The notes beneath the pieces were generated by a model. It was not told the DNA's origin. It ran no database searches and worked only from the letters and a program-made list of their open reading frames with translations. DNA of 27,839 nt from positions 1-27,839 of the forward strand of contig JBCBJQ010000075.1 of the NCBI GenBank assembly GCA_038523235.1, in the 5' to 3' direction. The stretch is from Cyanobacteria bacterium J06626_4. Its GTDB lineage: Bacteria > Cyanobacteriota > Cyanobacteriia > Phormidesmidales > Phormidesmidaceae. Shown here one piece after another: positions 1-9,234 of the stretch (within the stretch, counting starts at the first letter, position 1; the number at the start of each line of letters is the position of its first letter). The position numbers and the translations under genes are program-made.

Positions 1-505
1 CGATGATTCTCTACATCCTGGATATGCTTATGCACTAGCTTCAGTATCCAATCTAGAAGTGTTTCTGGTGCATCTGATTCGTGATGCCAGAGGCTGCACC
101 TACTCTTGGGAAAAGCGCTGTAAAAATGGTCTGGGTTCCTACACGCTGAAAGATAGCGCTTTGGGATGGGATTTACGAAACATCGCCACTGAGACACTAA
201 GAAAGCATCCAAACATCAAATATCATCAGCTGCGCTACGAAGATTTCGTCAATCACCCTCAGGAAAGTGCTAAAGCTATCTTGGAATTTGCCGAAATGCC
301 CACGAACTCGCTAACGTTCTCATCGCCTTCAACGGTAGCGCTGGAAGCCACCCATAGTATTTTTGGCAATGATAATAGGGCCGAAACAGGGACAATCTCT
401 CTGCGTTTAGATGAGGTCTGGAAGAAGAAAATGCCCCTTGTTGACCAGTTAAAAGTTTGCTCTATGACCTGGCCCTTGTTGCTCAAATATCAATATATGC
501 CTTAG
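1..505 (+). CDS. Sulfotransferase family protein, 3' part (5' end outside window)
   Basis: Frame is open from position 2 (DDSLHPGYAYALASVSNLEVFLVHLIRDARG). VHLIRDxRG and LRYEDFV match sulfotransferase 3'-PB and C-terminal motifs. Stop TAG at 503-505. Confidence 0.75.
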   Translation, partial: DDSLHPGYAYALASVSNLEVFLVHLIRDARGCTYSWEKRCKNGLGSYTLKDSALGWDLRNIATETLRKHPNIKYHQLRYEDFVNHPQESAKAILEFAEMPTNSLTFSSPSTVALEATHSIFGNDNRAETGTISLRLDEVWKKKMPLVDQLKVCSMTWPLLLKYQYMP

Positions 506-542
506 CTGCCACCCACGTTTTGAGGTGAACGAACACTCTTTT

Positions 543-564
543 AAGAGGTTTGGAAAACCCTCTT
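543..564. terminator. Possible short terminator hairpin between convergent genes
   Basis: AAGAGGTTT-GGA-AAACCCTCTT is an imperfect stem between the stops of two convergent CDSs. Confidence 0.3.
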
Positions 565-3014
565 TATTCACGCTGCAGGGATTGTAGAGGTGCTGGGAGG
601 CTCATGGTTTGGGCTGTGTAGCCGCCGTAAAGGGCGTGGGTCTGGCGAATCACTCGATTGAGGGCATCAATGTCGGCTTGGCTTGGTGCCTGAGGCAGGG
701 CAATGCGAGCCATATAAGCGGGCGAATAGATCGACTCAAAATGACGACTGATCTCGGGAAAAACCATTTGCTCGCCGTCGAGTTCAAACAACAGGTCGAT
801 CGCGCCATTTTGATTGCCGACGAACAATGGATCGGTAAGCAAGACCAGCGGTATCGACAGGGATATCTCGCCGCTGTGATTTGACAACTTCCAGATCAGG
901 TTATTGATGTCTTCTGGAGACAAGTCGGGGAAGATTTGCTGCAGGGCGGCTGGATCTATCCGATTAATGCGGGGAGGATTGGGATCGCGATCGCGGGGCC
1001 AGTTGGCAATTCTAAAATCGAGTCGTAAACGACCGTGCAAAACGGTTGGAGCACCGCTGCCATCGGCCCCCGTCACCCGTTTGAGTTCAGGGCGATATCG
1101 GTCAACGAGGGGCAGCATCGCCACTTGCTCAGCGGGAAGTTTAGTCGGTGGATGGTTGGATGACAGATTGTAGCCCGTGTTCAGCAGCTTCATAAATTTG
1201 TTGACGTCCCACCGATCTAGGTCATTGTTAGAGACCATCTTGTACCAGAGTGCCCCCATGGCGACGAGCGTTGGTGAGTCTGCTGCCGTGAGCGCCATCA
1301 AATCTGGCACGACATAATTATCGAGGCCAAACCGTTTGATATCGTTCCCGTTGCCCCACATCATGTTGAGGTCAGGCATATCGCGAATAAAGGGATACAG
1401 GGCACGGGTAAAGTCCAGATAGTCAGAATTGCGGCGATCGCCCGGTTGAAACGTGGCATCGACTAAGCCGCTGAGTCGCTTCGCCATAGCGACGGACAAC
1501 AGCGACAACGCCTCTGTTGTGATGTCTAAATCGTGATGCTGCAACAGGCGAAAAACTTCGGCTTCTTGAGCAGCCGCTTCCGTATACTGGGTTTCCAAAG
1601 CCTGGATATCTCTTTGCAACGCCCTCACTTCCAGCGCCAACTCTGGCTGACGTCTCTGTAAGGATTGCCAAAACCACGGATTAAATGCTTGGTCGCAAAG
1701 CAGCACGGTCAGCAGTTCTGTTTCTGACAAATTGGGAGAATTTTGTTGAAAGAACTTGATAAAGTGCGCCCTTGCATCGGGATAACTTTCGGCCGCTGAG
1801 GCGCGATTGAGCATTTCGAACCGCGTGGCAAAAATGCCGACCAAGCGGGACGTATCCATTTGATTGACGGACTTCCGGCTGAGGTCTGCGGTGAGGCCAA
1901 TATTGAGCCAAAAGTCTTCGCTGTGATAGTTATTAATCGAGGTGAGAATTTTGCTGTGATGCCGCTTGGCAAAGTCTCTCAATCGCAGTTTCAGCGCCGC
2001 TTCTTGAGTCAGCTGGTGTTCATATCGGTGACGATATTCAATCGCTGCCTGCTCTAAATCGTCGGGAAATAAGTCAATGCCCTGCTGCGCGACCTCGGCA
2101 ATATTGAGGGCATGGACAGCTGGGGTATCTTCGGCTGCAGTGGGTGTGGGCAAAGGGAGTCGTCCGACGGCGATGGTTGTGCTGGTGGACTCGGCATCGG
2201 TATAGTCTTGCTTAACCTGAGAGTCTTCAATTTGCTTAATGGCTTCGAGTCGCGCCCAGGGTTCAACGGGCGTTGCGAGGAGCGATCGCAGCAAATATTG
2301 TTTATTGGTCAGCTCCTGCTCATAGCGATAAAAAGAGCGCACAGCGCCCGAGCGAGTGGCCAAGTCGGTTTCTCGAAGGTAAGGAAATTCCAGCGTTAGC
2401 AGATGGGTTTCGAGCAGGGGGAGCACTGCCTGCAGCGGGACATCGGCCTTTTGAGCCGCCCAAAATAGATGTCCTAAAAAGGGCTTGAGATAGTAAGCAT
2501 CGGTATCAAACACCTGATTGCTAATAAATTCGCGATACTCCCCTTTGGCCAAACCGGCAGCAATCAACGGAATGGCAGGATTGCGTTGGAGATGCCAGAA
2601 AAATTTGTCGTCTAGGATTTCTCGTTGGTTGGCGGGCAGCGTGTTTTTAACCGCATCGTAGCCCGCTCGCGAAATTGGCGGTACACGGGTGCCATCGGCC
2701 AGGGTAAAGATAATGCTGTTATCTTCAGCGATGCTGTAGGTGGCCCCTTCGAGTAGCCAGATCGGTTGCCGAGGCTGTACCCCCGTGAGGGCAATGAAGC
2801 CGCCCTTTTGCGCTTCGACTAAGAAAGCATTTTTGCCTTGCTGTAATCCCTGTAGTAAATCCGGCAGGCGGTTTCTGCGCAGGGGAAAGGTATAGGCTAA
2901 GGGCGATCGCGCGAAAGCCGGAATGGGCGCAGCGATTGCACACGGCTGGAATCCGCCCCCTAACACCACTGCCAGACTCCCCAGCAGGATTTTGCTCAGC
3001 CCAACCGCCGTCAT
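564..3014 (-). CDS. Large hypothetical protein (~816 aa), probably secreted
   Basis: Long ORF, open to 3089. ATG at 3014 gives a signal-peptide-like N-terminus (MTAVGLSKILLGSLAVVLGGGFQPCAIAA). No family recognised. Confidence 0.75.
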   Translation of the reverse strand: MTAVGLSKILLGSLAVVLGGGFQPCAIAAPIPAFARSPLAYTFPLRRNRLPDLLQGLQQGKNAFLVEAQKGGFIALTGVQPRQPIWLLEGATYSIAEDNSIIFTLADGTRVPPISRAGYDAVKNTLPANQREILDDKFFWHLQRNPAIPLIAAGLAKGEYREFISNQVFDTDAYYLKPFLGHLFWAAQKADVPLQAVLPLLETHLLTLEFPYLRETDLATRSGAVRSFYRYEQELTNKQYLLRSLLATPVEPWARLEAIKQIEDSQVKQDYTDAESTSTTIAVGRLPLPTPTAAEDTPAVHALNIAEVAQQGIDLFPDDLEQAAIEYRHRYEHQLTQEAALKLRLRDFAKRHHSKILTSINNYHSEDFWLNIGLTADLSRKSVNQMDTSRLVGIFATRFEMLNRASAAESYPDARAHFIKFFQQNSPNLSETELLTVLLCDQAFNPWFWQSLQRRQPELALEVRALQRDIQALETQYTEAAAQEAEVFRLLQHHDLDITTEALSLLSVAMAKRLSGLVDATFQPGDRRNSDYLDFTRALYPFIRDMPDLNMMWGNGNDIKRFGLDNYVVPDLMALTAADSPTLVAMGALWYKMVSNNDLDRWDVNKFMKLLNTGYNLSSNHPPTKLPAEQVAMLPLVDRYRPELKRVTGADGSGAPTVLHGRLRLDFRIANWPRDRDPNPPRINRIDPAALQQIFPDLSPEDINNLIWKLSNHSGEISLSIPLVLLTDPLFVGNQNGAIDLLFELDGEQMVFPEISRHFESIYSPAYMARIALPQAPSQADIDALNRVIRQTHALYGGYTAQTMSLPAPLQSLQRE

Positions 3015-3400
3015 GGCCCGGTTCCGTACCGCTGAGTGATGACTGTGAGAGGCTTGGGCTGTCTTGGCTATTTGTTCGTGCAAAACCATCCAACCGCGAT
3101 CACCTCAAACAATACAAGCCAGACCAGGTCAGCGATGGTGACTCTGGCATCCAGTATATCGATGATTTTTCGGCAGCGATTTTTAAGTTTTTCAACCCGA
3201 CGGACTGAGCGATCGCGAAACTGGTCAAGACTGGCATTGCGATCGCCCAGCCATGGATGCGTCAGGCATAGATGTCCTCGCTCCAGAAGATTTCCAGATA
3301 AGAAGTGCTCCTGTCGGTTGCCTTATGGCCCTTCGACCAATAGTCATTTCAGGAATGGCTTCACAAAGGCTTTTCTGGATCAGCAGCGGAGCCATGCCAA

Positions 3401-3442
3401 AGGCATAAGCATCACACATTGCAGTGTGTGATGCTTATGCCT
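3401..3442 (-). terminator. Perfect 18-bp stem-loop downstream of the phosphoketolase; probable terminator or 3' stabiliser
   Basis: AGGCATAAGCATCACACA-TTGCAG-TGTGTGATGCTTATGCCT, 24 nt past the stop at 3467. The U-tail is weak. Confidence 0.65.
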
Positions 3443-3466
3443 GAAAATCTCTCCCGAACAGGTGAA

Positions 3467-5674
3467 TTACCCCAACAGGGCTTTGGCTCGAGCCACAAAG
3501 TTGTCAGCAGTGATGCCATTGAGCGCCATCACCTGGGCGGCGCTGCTAGCGGTATCGCCACGTTTCCAGGCAAAGGTGTCGCGGGGAGCTAGACTGCGGA
3601 GCATGACGGGCTCCAGCATGGCCGAAGAGCCACCCGTCACACCAATCAGTGCGTCACCGCCAAAGAGTTGCTCAAAGTCGGCATCACTGAGAAATTCACC
3701 ATCCGCTTGAGAGGTGCTTTCCCAAGCGACATCGCTGGGGCGATAGAGCCGTCGAGGATTCACAATCGAGACGATGCGGACGCCAATGCCCGCAGCCGCG
3801 AGCTGCTCAGCTGCTGCGAAAGCAGGCAGCAAGGTCATATCGCCAATCACTGCGAACACCACAGTTTGGCTACCGGCTGCTGAGTGCAGCACCACAGCCC
3901 CCTGCTGCAAAGCGGTACGGGTTTGCTCAAACGTCGTGCGAATCGGCAAGGGCGACTTGCTGGCCGTAATGGTGATGCCCTTGTTTTGAGTAGTCACCGC
4001 CCAGTCGTAACAGGCTTGAATGCTGTTGGCATCGACCGGAAAGAGGGGAAAGACGTTGCCGTTACGCATCATCCCGGCAAAGTAGTTCTCAATTTCGGGA
4101 CGTTGATGGGTCCAGCCATTGCGGCCCTGTTCTAGAGCCCCGGCGGTAAACAGGGTGATGGTCGAAGGGGTCGGTCGGCGCAACTCGGCCATCGCTTGGG
4201 TCACTGTTTGCCAGATGGGGAGGCCATTGATGGCAAACGACTCGTAGGAGCACCAGAGCGATCGCGCCCCAAATAGCGCTTGTGCTGCCGCCAGCCCGGC
4301 ACAGGCGTCTTCACTTAGAGGCTCGTAAACCTGACCCTGCGGCCCTTGAAAATAGACGTCATCGCGGGTGGGGTGAATGATTTTGAGCGCCTGGTTGATA
4401 TTGTTGATGCCAGAGGCGGCATTGCCATCCGCGTTCGTCACCACAAACTGCGGATCCTGCAGCCCGACGTGACCGACGAGTACGCCCATCGCGGTGGTCG
4501 CGACCTGCTTGTCGCCCCCGACAGTAAATTCGTTCAGGGGCAGGGAGCCCAATTCAGGTACCGGCAGCACTGATTCGGTCACGGCCATTTGGGAATTGGG
4601 GCCGCCCATCGATCGCTCAAAGTTAGTGCGCACTAAGTGCCAAGCTGCTGGGGGCAGGGCGCGAGCTTGGAGCGCATCGACAATGTAGTCTTTTTCTAAA
4701 CTGTCACCGGGATATAGGTTGTGGGATTTAGCGCCCCGCTTATGCACCCCGGCGCCTTTGAGCTGCTTGATGATGAGGACGGTGAGGGTGCCGCCGAGCG
4801 CTGACTTAGCGGCTTTGTCTGTGGCTTCTAACACGGCTTGGGTAAAGGCTAACCGCTGCTGGGGTGAGAAGGCGGTGCTATCGACATAATCCCCAGCTTG
4901 ATTAGCATCGTCGTAGGCCTTGGCATCGACCAAAATGATTTCCTTAAAGCCGTTGCCTCGCCAGTAGGCCAGCATCGTTTCATTCGATTGAGTGGACACC
5001 ATGCTGTGGTGTTCTTGCGAATAGCCGTTCCACACCAAGATGGGTAAGAAGTTGGTGACGTTGGGGTAGGCCGTGTGGAAATGACCAAAGCTGCTCATGA
5101 TGTAGGGCTCACCTAGGCCGCCATCGCCAATGGTGACGGGAAACAAGGTGCCGGGATGCAGCTTCGCCCCGGCCATGGCAAAGTGCTGTCCCTGCCCCAG
5201 CGGCCCGGCGGGATTGAGCAAACCGGGAATTTGTCCTGACAGGTGACCAAGGAGGCCGTGCGTTTCGCGGAAGCGATCGCACATTTGCGACACGGTTTCG
5301 ATGCCCATGGCTTCTAAAGAGCGATCTAAAAAGACCGTGCTGTAAAAGCCAGGTGCATGGTGGCCGACTTCGGTAATCAAGTTCTTATAGCCCAGCATGA
5401 CCAGGGAGGCAATGCCATCAGCCACGCTGGCAAAGCCGCCGGGGTGACCTGATTGCTTGCTCGCCGTCACCTGCAGCGTCAAATATCGCAGCGCATCGGC
5501 CGCCAGCATCGTTTGATAAACCGCAGTCGCATTGGTGGGATCGACGATCGCCGTTTGCCCCTCGCCAATTGCCGGCGCACTGCCATACTGGTCAAAATCG
5601 GACAGCGTCTCAGCAAAATGCTGAATCCCTTCGCAAAATGCCGGGGTGGTGGGCTTAGAGGTGACTGCGGTCAT
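3467..5674 (-). CDS. Phosphoketolase / transketolase-family TPP-dependent enzyme (cyanobacterial sll0529-like type)
   Basis: Motifs SGHPGG, GHHAPG, GPLGQG, TPP-binding GDGGLGE...N, EPLSEDAC, SYESF and NGWTHQRP. ATG at 5674 is preceded by AGGA; ORF is open to 5713. Confidence 0.85.
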   Translation of the reverse strand: MTAVTSKPTTPAFCEGIQHFAETLSDFDQYGSAPAIGEGQTAIVDPTNATAVYQTMLAADALRYLTLQVTASKQSGHPGGFASVADGIASLVMLGYKNLITEVGHHAPGFYSTVFLDRSLEAMGIETVSQMCDRFRETHGLLGHLSGQIPGLLNPAGPLGQGQHFAMAGAKLHPGTLFPVTIGDGGLGEPYIMSSFGHFHTAYPNVTNFLPILVWNGYSQEHHSMVSTQSNETMLAYWRGNGFKEIILVDAKAYDDANQAGDYVDSTAFSPQQRLAFTQAVLEATDKAAKSALGGTLTVLIIKQLKGAGVHKRGAKSHNLYPGDSLEKDYIVDALQARALPPAAWHLVRTNFERSMGGPNSQMAVTESVLPVPELGSLPLNEFTVGGDKQVATTAMGVLVGHVGLQDPQFVVTNADGNAASGINNINQALKIIHPTRDDVYFQGPQGQVYEPLSEDACAGLAAAQALFGARSLWCSYESFAINGLPIWQTVTQAMAELRRPTPSTITLFTAGALEQGRNGWTHQRPEIENYFAGMMRNGNVFPLFPVDANSIQACYDWAVTTQNKGITITASKSPLPIRTTFEQTRTALQQGAVVLHSAAGSQTVVFAVIGDMTLLPAFAAAEQLAAAGIGVRIVSIVNPRRLYRPSDVAWESTSQADGEFLSDADFEQLFGGDALIGVTGGSSAMLEPVMLRSLAPRDTFAWKRGDTASSAAQVMALNGITADNFVARAKALLG

Positions 5675-5793
5675 GTCTAGATTCCTGTGTGCATCAACAG
5701 AACAGCTATTCAACCGAGATAGCTAGTTGAATTCATCCTACCGACATTAGGAACGCTAATCGCACCTGAACGGTAGATGACTGCTTCACTAAA

Positions 5794-5821
5794 AGTCTAC
5801 TGCAAATATCGAGTTAATCAA
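5794..5821 (-). promoter_or_regulatory. Putative sigma70-type promoter of the phosphoketolase
   Basis: Minus strand: TTGATT (5821-5816), 16 nt, TAGACT (5799-5794), in an AT-rich stretch. Implies a TSS near 5787. Confidence 0.4.
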
Positions 5822-5838
5822 TCAAAAAACAGAAAACG

Positions 5839-5854
5839 ATTGACTTGAATCAAT
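5839..5854. promoter_or_regulatory. CRP/FNR-family-like palindromic operator
   Basis: ATTGA-CTTGAA-TCAAT. The core TTGACnnnnATCAA is one mismatch from the FNR consensus TTGAT-N4-ATCAA. Confidence 0.35.
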
Positions 5855-6110
5855 TGATCTGGATGGCGATCGCTGTCTGGCCACCAGATTTGGTTAGGCC
5901 AGATTCAGTTAGGTCAGCGAGTTACTCAATGTTTGCAGACACTTGCCGACAACGATGCGTCTAATTGGCACGATGATCCGACCTGCCTATACTCTGAAAA
6001 CACCACTGGGTAAGTGATATGAGGACTTGTGCAAACGGGATAGCGTTGAGGGCCAGAAAGCCGATGGGGTAATGCCTAGCTTCAATGCTGCTGGTCGTTA
6101 ATGGATGGCC

Positions 6111-7256
6111 CTAAGCCTTTAGCTGCCTGAGGGCAGCCTCAGCATACAAACGAGTCTGAGTATTCGCCCCCTGCTGCAGCTCAATCAGCAGCGATAGGGC
6201 AGGCGCGTAGTGTAACTGCCCCAAAGCTAGGGCGATCGCTTGGTATACCGCGGCGGAGCCAGTGGCAGCCCCGAGGTCAGTGGTGAGCCAATGGCAAAGC
6301 AATTCGCCAGCGCGTTGCTGCAGTTGCGTTGCCCGAAAGCGCGACAGCGTATTAATGATTTCTACTTGGACAGCGACAGACGTTTGGTTGCGAGCTGAGA
6401 ACAACGCTAGCAGTGCCGAGGGTTTTTCAATCCAGCCGAGGGCTCTGACGACATCAATTTGCAAGCTTTCGGGCGTGTGTATCGAAGACAAGACCTGGGC
6501 TAAGCTCGTTACCGACGTCTCGGTGTTTAAGCGGCCCAGGGCGATCGCCGTGGCCTTGTTGACGCGGGGAGACAGATCCCAGAGGCCAGGCATCAAGACA
6601 CTCACCAGATCGAGCTGCGCTAACAAATGCGATCGCAACCCTAAATGGGTAATGGCTTCCTGCCGCACCGTGGCATGGGTATCCTTCACCGCCGCCAAGA
6701 GCAACGCATCGACCGGCGGCACTTTGAAATTGGCTAAGGCCGGAATTACCAAACTTCTAATGGTTGGGTCAGAATCATCGGCGAGAGCCAATAGCGGTTC
6801 AAAAATCGCCGGATCGCGGACGTTGACCAGCGCTTGTATCGCCGTTAGACGATGAGAGGGCTTTGCTAGTAGCTGCACCAGCGTGTCAACGCCACGTTGG
6901 CCAAAGTGACTCAACCCCTCAGCGGCGATCTCAATCAACTCTGACTCGGTGGTTTCTTGCAGCAGCTGCACCAACGCGGCTAGGGCCGCCTCGTGGTCAA
7001 ACTCTCCTAGGGTGCGGGCAATAAACCACCGGGCCTCCCAATCGAGTTCCGCATCGGCTAGCAGGGGAGTCAAGCACTTAATGGCCTCGGGGCCAAAAGC
7101 CGTCAGCCGCTTGGCCGCTTCCCATCGAGTTTGGAAATCCCCTGCGATGAGCTGACTCAAAGCCCTTCCCAAAAGAGTGTCAATATCGGCGCTTGAGGCG
7201 ATTCCAGCAGCATCACACTTTAAAAACATTCGATGACTTGGCAGATCAAACTTCAA
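6111..7256 (-). CDS. HEAT-repeat (PBS-lyase/CpcE-like) protein resembling cyanobacterial NirB
   Basis: Repeated HEAT motifs (ARWFIARTLGEF, VRQEAITHLG, ATAIALGRL, VVRALG). N-terminal GDFQTRWEAAK resembles NirB-type proteins as I recall them. Start is TTG 7256 or ATG 7229. Confidence 0.8.
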   Translation of the reverse strand: MKFDLPSHRMFLKCDAAGIASSADIDTLLGRALSQLIAGDFQTRWEAAKRLTAFGPEAIKCLTPLLADAELDWEARWFIARTLGEFDHEAALAALVQLLQETTESELIEIAAEGLSHFGQRGVDTLVQLLAKPSHRLTAIQALVNVRDPAIFEPLLALADDSDPTIRSLVIPALANFKVPPVDALLLAAVKDTHATVRQEAITHLGLRSHLLAQLDLVSVLMPGLWDLSPRVNKATAIALGRLNTETSVTSLAQVLSSIHTPESLQIDVVRALGWIEKPSALLALFSARNQTSVAVQVEIINTLSRFRATQLQQRAGELLCHWLTTDLGAATGSAAVYQAIALALGQLHYAPALSLLIELQQGANTQTRLYAEAALRQLKA

Positions 7257-7753
7257 GGGAAATCTACAACAAATTCTAGTTAAAGAACCTCTTTGTATCT
7301 ATTCATGCCAGCTACAACTCGGAAAGTTGCCGACGAACATTTACCCGATGGTTATGTGGTTATCGCATCGGTTAATTGCAGTGACCGCATATGCTTGCAA
7401 AGCCTGTCGGGCACGGAATCATCACCTCCATTGCCCCATTTTGTTGAAGGAACGGTGCCAGCGGTGGTGAGAATCACCCCCCATAAATCTCGCCTAGCGC
7501 CTTGGGTGGGCCGGATTTTGCCCAAGGATGACGAATGGATCGCGCTTAGAACTGAGAGGTAAAACCGGATGCAACTGCCTCAGCCCAGTTGTGGACTGAC
7601 TGCCAGTTGATTTAGGGGACACTGGGCGTGTGAAGGTCACTTGTTTGAGTCGGTCGCCCCGTTTTTGAAGCAAGGCACAACCGGATATCCTCACTGGGCA
7701 TCGCCCTAACGCAGTCGGCAGGATCACCGTAATTTCCTCCACGCGGCAAAATC

Positions 7754-8791
7754 ATGAGAATTCGCCCTCAATTCATTTCCGATCCGCACTCATCCCCCGG
7801 CTCACAACCCGCTGATGACGCTGACGACAGCCGTGATGAGGGGCTGCTAGATGCCTATTCGCGGGCGGTGACCCACGTCGTCGAAACGGTCAGTCCCGCC
7901 GTCGTCAACATTGAGGTGAAACGGCTGCGACTGCGAGCTGATATGCGGCGACCTTTAGAAGTGTCTGGCAGCGGCTCGGGGTTTTTGTTCACTCCTGACG
8001 GCTACATTCTCACCAACAGCCATGTGGTGCACAACACCGATGTAATCGAGGTCACCCTGTCAGACGGGCAGCCCCATCGAGCTGAACTGATTGGCGACGA
8101 CCCCGACACTGATTTGGCGATTATTCGTATCCCCGGCAGCAATTTCACTCATGTCGAACTGGGTGACTCAGCCGCTCTCAAGGCGGGTCAGTTGGTCATC
8201 GCCATTGGCAATCCGCTGGGCTTTCAATGTACGGTCACGGCGGGGGTGGTGAGTGCCTTGGGGCGATCGCTGCGGGCCAAAACGGGACGACTCATTGACA
8301 ACGTCATTCAAACCGATGCGGCTTTGAATCCCGGTAATTCGGGTGGGCCTTTGGTCAACTCTCAAGGTCAGGTGGTGGGCGTGAATACTGCGGTCATTCA
8401 ACCGGCTCAAGGCATCTGCTTTGCGATGCCGATCAACACGGCCAAGCGGATCATCGGCCCCCTCATGCGCATGGGTCGAGTGCGCCGCGCTCGTATCGGC
8501 ATTGCTGGACAAACGGTGCCGCTGCCGCAGCGATTGGTGCGAGAGTATGATCTCACCAGTGATACTGGCGTGCTGGTGACCGGGTTAGAAGCAGGCAGTC
8601 CGGCGCAGGCCGCGACCCTGCGAGAACGAGATATTATTGTGACTTTCGACGAGGAGCCTGTTTGCACTGTGGATGACCTGCATCGGCTGTTGACTGCCGA
8701 TTATATTGGCGTGCGATCGCCTCTGACTCTGCTGCGGCGAGGACAGCGGTTAGAGCTGACAATCGTGCCCTCGGAGTCAAGTTTTGAATGA
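7754..8791 (+). CDS. Deg/HtrA trypsin-like serine protease with a C-terminal PDZ domain
   Basis: GSGSGF, TNSHVV (His), DLAII (Asp), QTDAALNPGNSGGPL (Ser), and PDZ segment GSPAQAATLRERDII. No signal peptide or TM helix. Confidence 0.93.
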   Translation: MRIRPQFISDPHSSPGSQPADDADDSRDEGLLDAYSRAVTHVVETVSPAVVNIEVKRLRLRADMRRPLEVSGSGSGFLFTPDGYILTNSHVVHNTDVIEVTLSDGQPHRAELIGDDPDTDLAIIRIPGSNFTHVELGDSAALKAGQLVIAIGNPLGFQCTVTAGVVSALGRSLRAKTGRLIDNVIQTDAALNPGNSGGPLVNSQGQVVGVNTAVIQPAQGICFAMPINTAKRIIGPLMRMGRVRRARIGIAGQTVPLPQRLVREYDLTSDTGVLVTGLEAGSPAQAATLRERDIIVTFDEEPVCTVDDLHRLLTADYIGVRSPLTLLRRGQRLELTIVPSESSFE

Positions 8792-8818
8792 TGCGAGGGT
8801 GCGATCGCATTGATTGTG

Positions 8819-8862
8819 CTCACGGTGTCCTCAAACTGCAGCACTTCTGAGGGCACCGTGAG
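8819..8862 (+). terminator. 15-bp stem-loop after the Deg protease gene
   Basis: CTCACGGTGTCCTCA-(14 nt)-TGAGGGCACCGTGAG with one G-U pair. No U-tail. Confidence 0.45.
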
Positions 8863-9234
8863 GCCGCGTGGCTGAGCTGCGGGAATCGCCCCAGAACACA
8901 TAATGTTCGCTCGGGATCTGGCGCTGCCAAATCTCGATGAGCGAGGACGCGATGGCTGAGCCGCTCCCTCAATGCAAATCCGTGAAACCTATTCTCTGAA
9001 ACCAGACTACAAATCTTGCCTAGCATCGCCTCATACCAGTTCTGCAAAATAGCGCTACAGATCGGCGATCCCCCGCTGTCGCTGCCCTCTTGTCGAAGGG
9101 GGCTACACACTTTTTGGGATGTGTCGTCTCAATTCAGCGAATTGGTATTAGCTGCTTGATGGCTGCGATTTTGTTGATGTCTGTCGTCAGTGGAGCGCCC
9201 CCTTAAGATAGAAACAGGGTTCAGAGGTTCCCAG

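Noticed and set aside
3036..3431. Intergenic ORFs (also 7293-7562, 8820-9110, 14382-14630, 22266-22502, 23069-23275)
   Set aside because: Atypical composition, weak starts, and overlap with repeats or terminators; no support as real genes.
6262..6855. Long antisense or alternative-frame ORFs (also 9328-9849, 11183-11656, 12203-12739, 21105-21587, 24851-25303, 25974-26468)
   Set aside because: Shadows of well-supported genes, with no recognisable motifs.
7295..7308. Canonical NtcA-activated promoter
   Set aside because: The site is GTA-N8-TGC and the spacing to candidate -10 boxes is 16 or 28 nt, not about 22. Kept only as a weak note.
7440..7750. TPP or cobalamin riboswitch (CTGAGA, GCAACTG seen)
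   Set aside because: The remaining consensus elements and stems are missing, and the downstream protease is not a fitting target.
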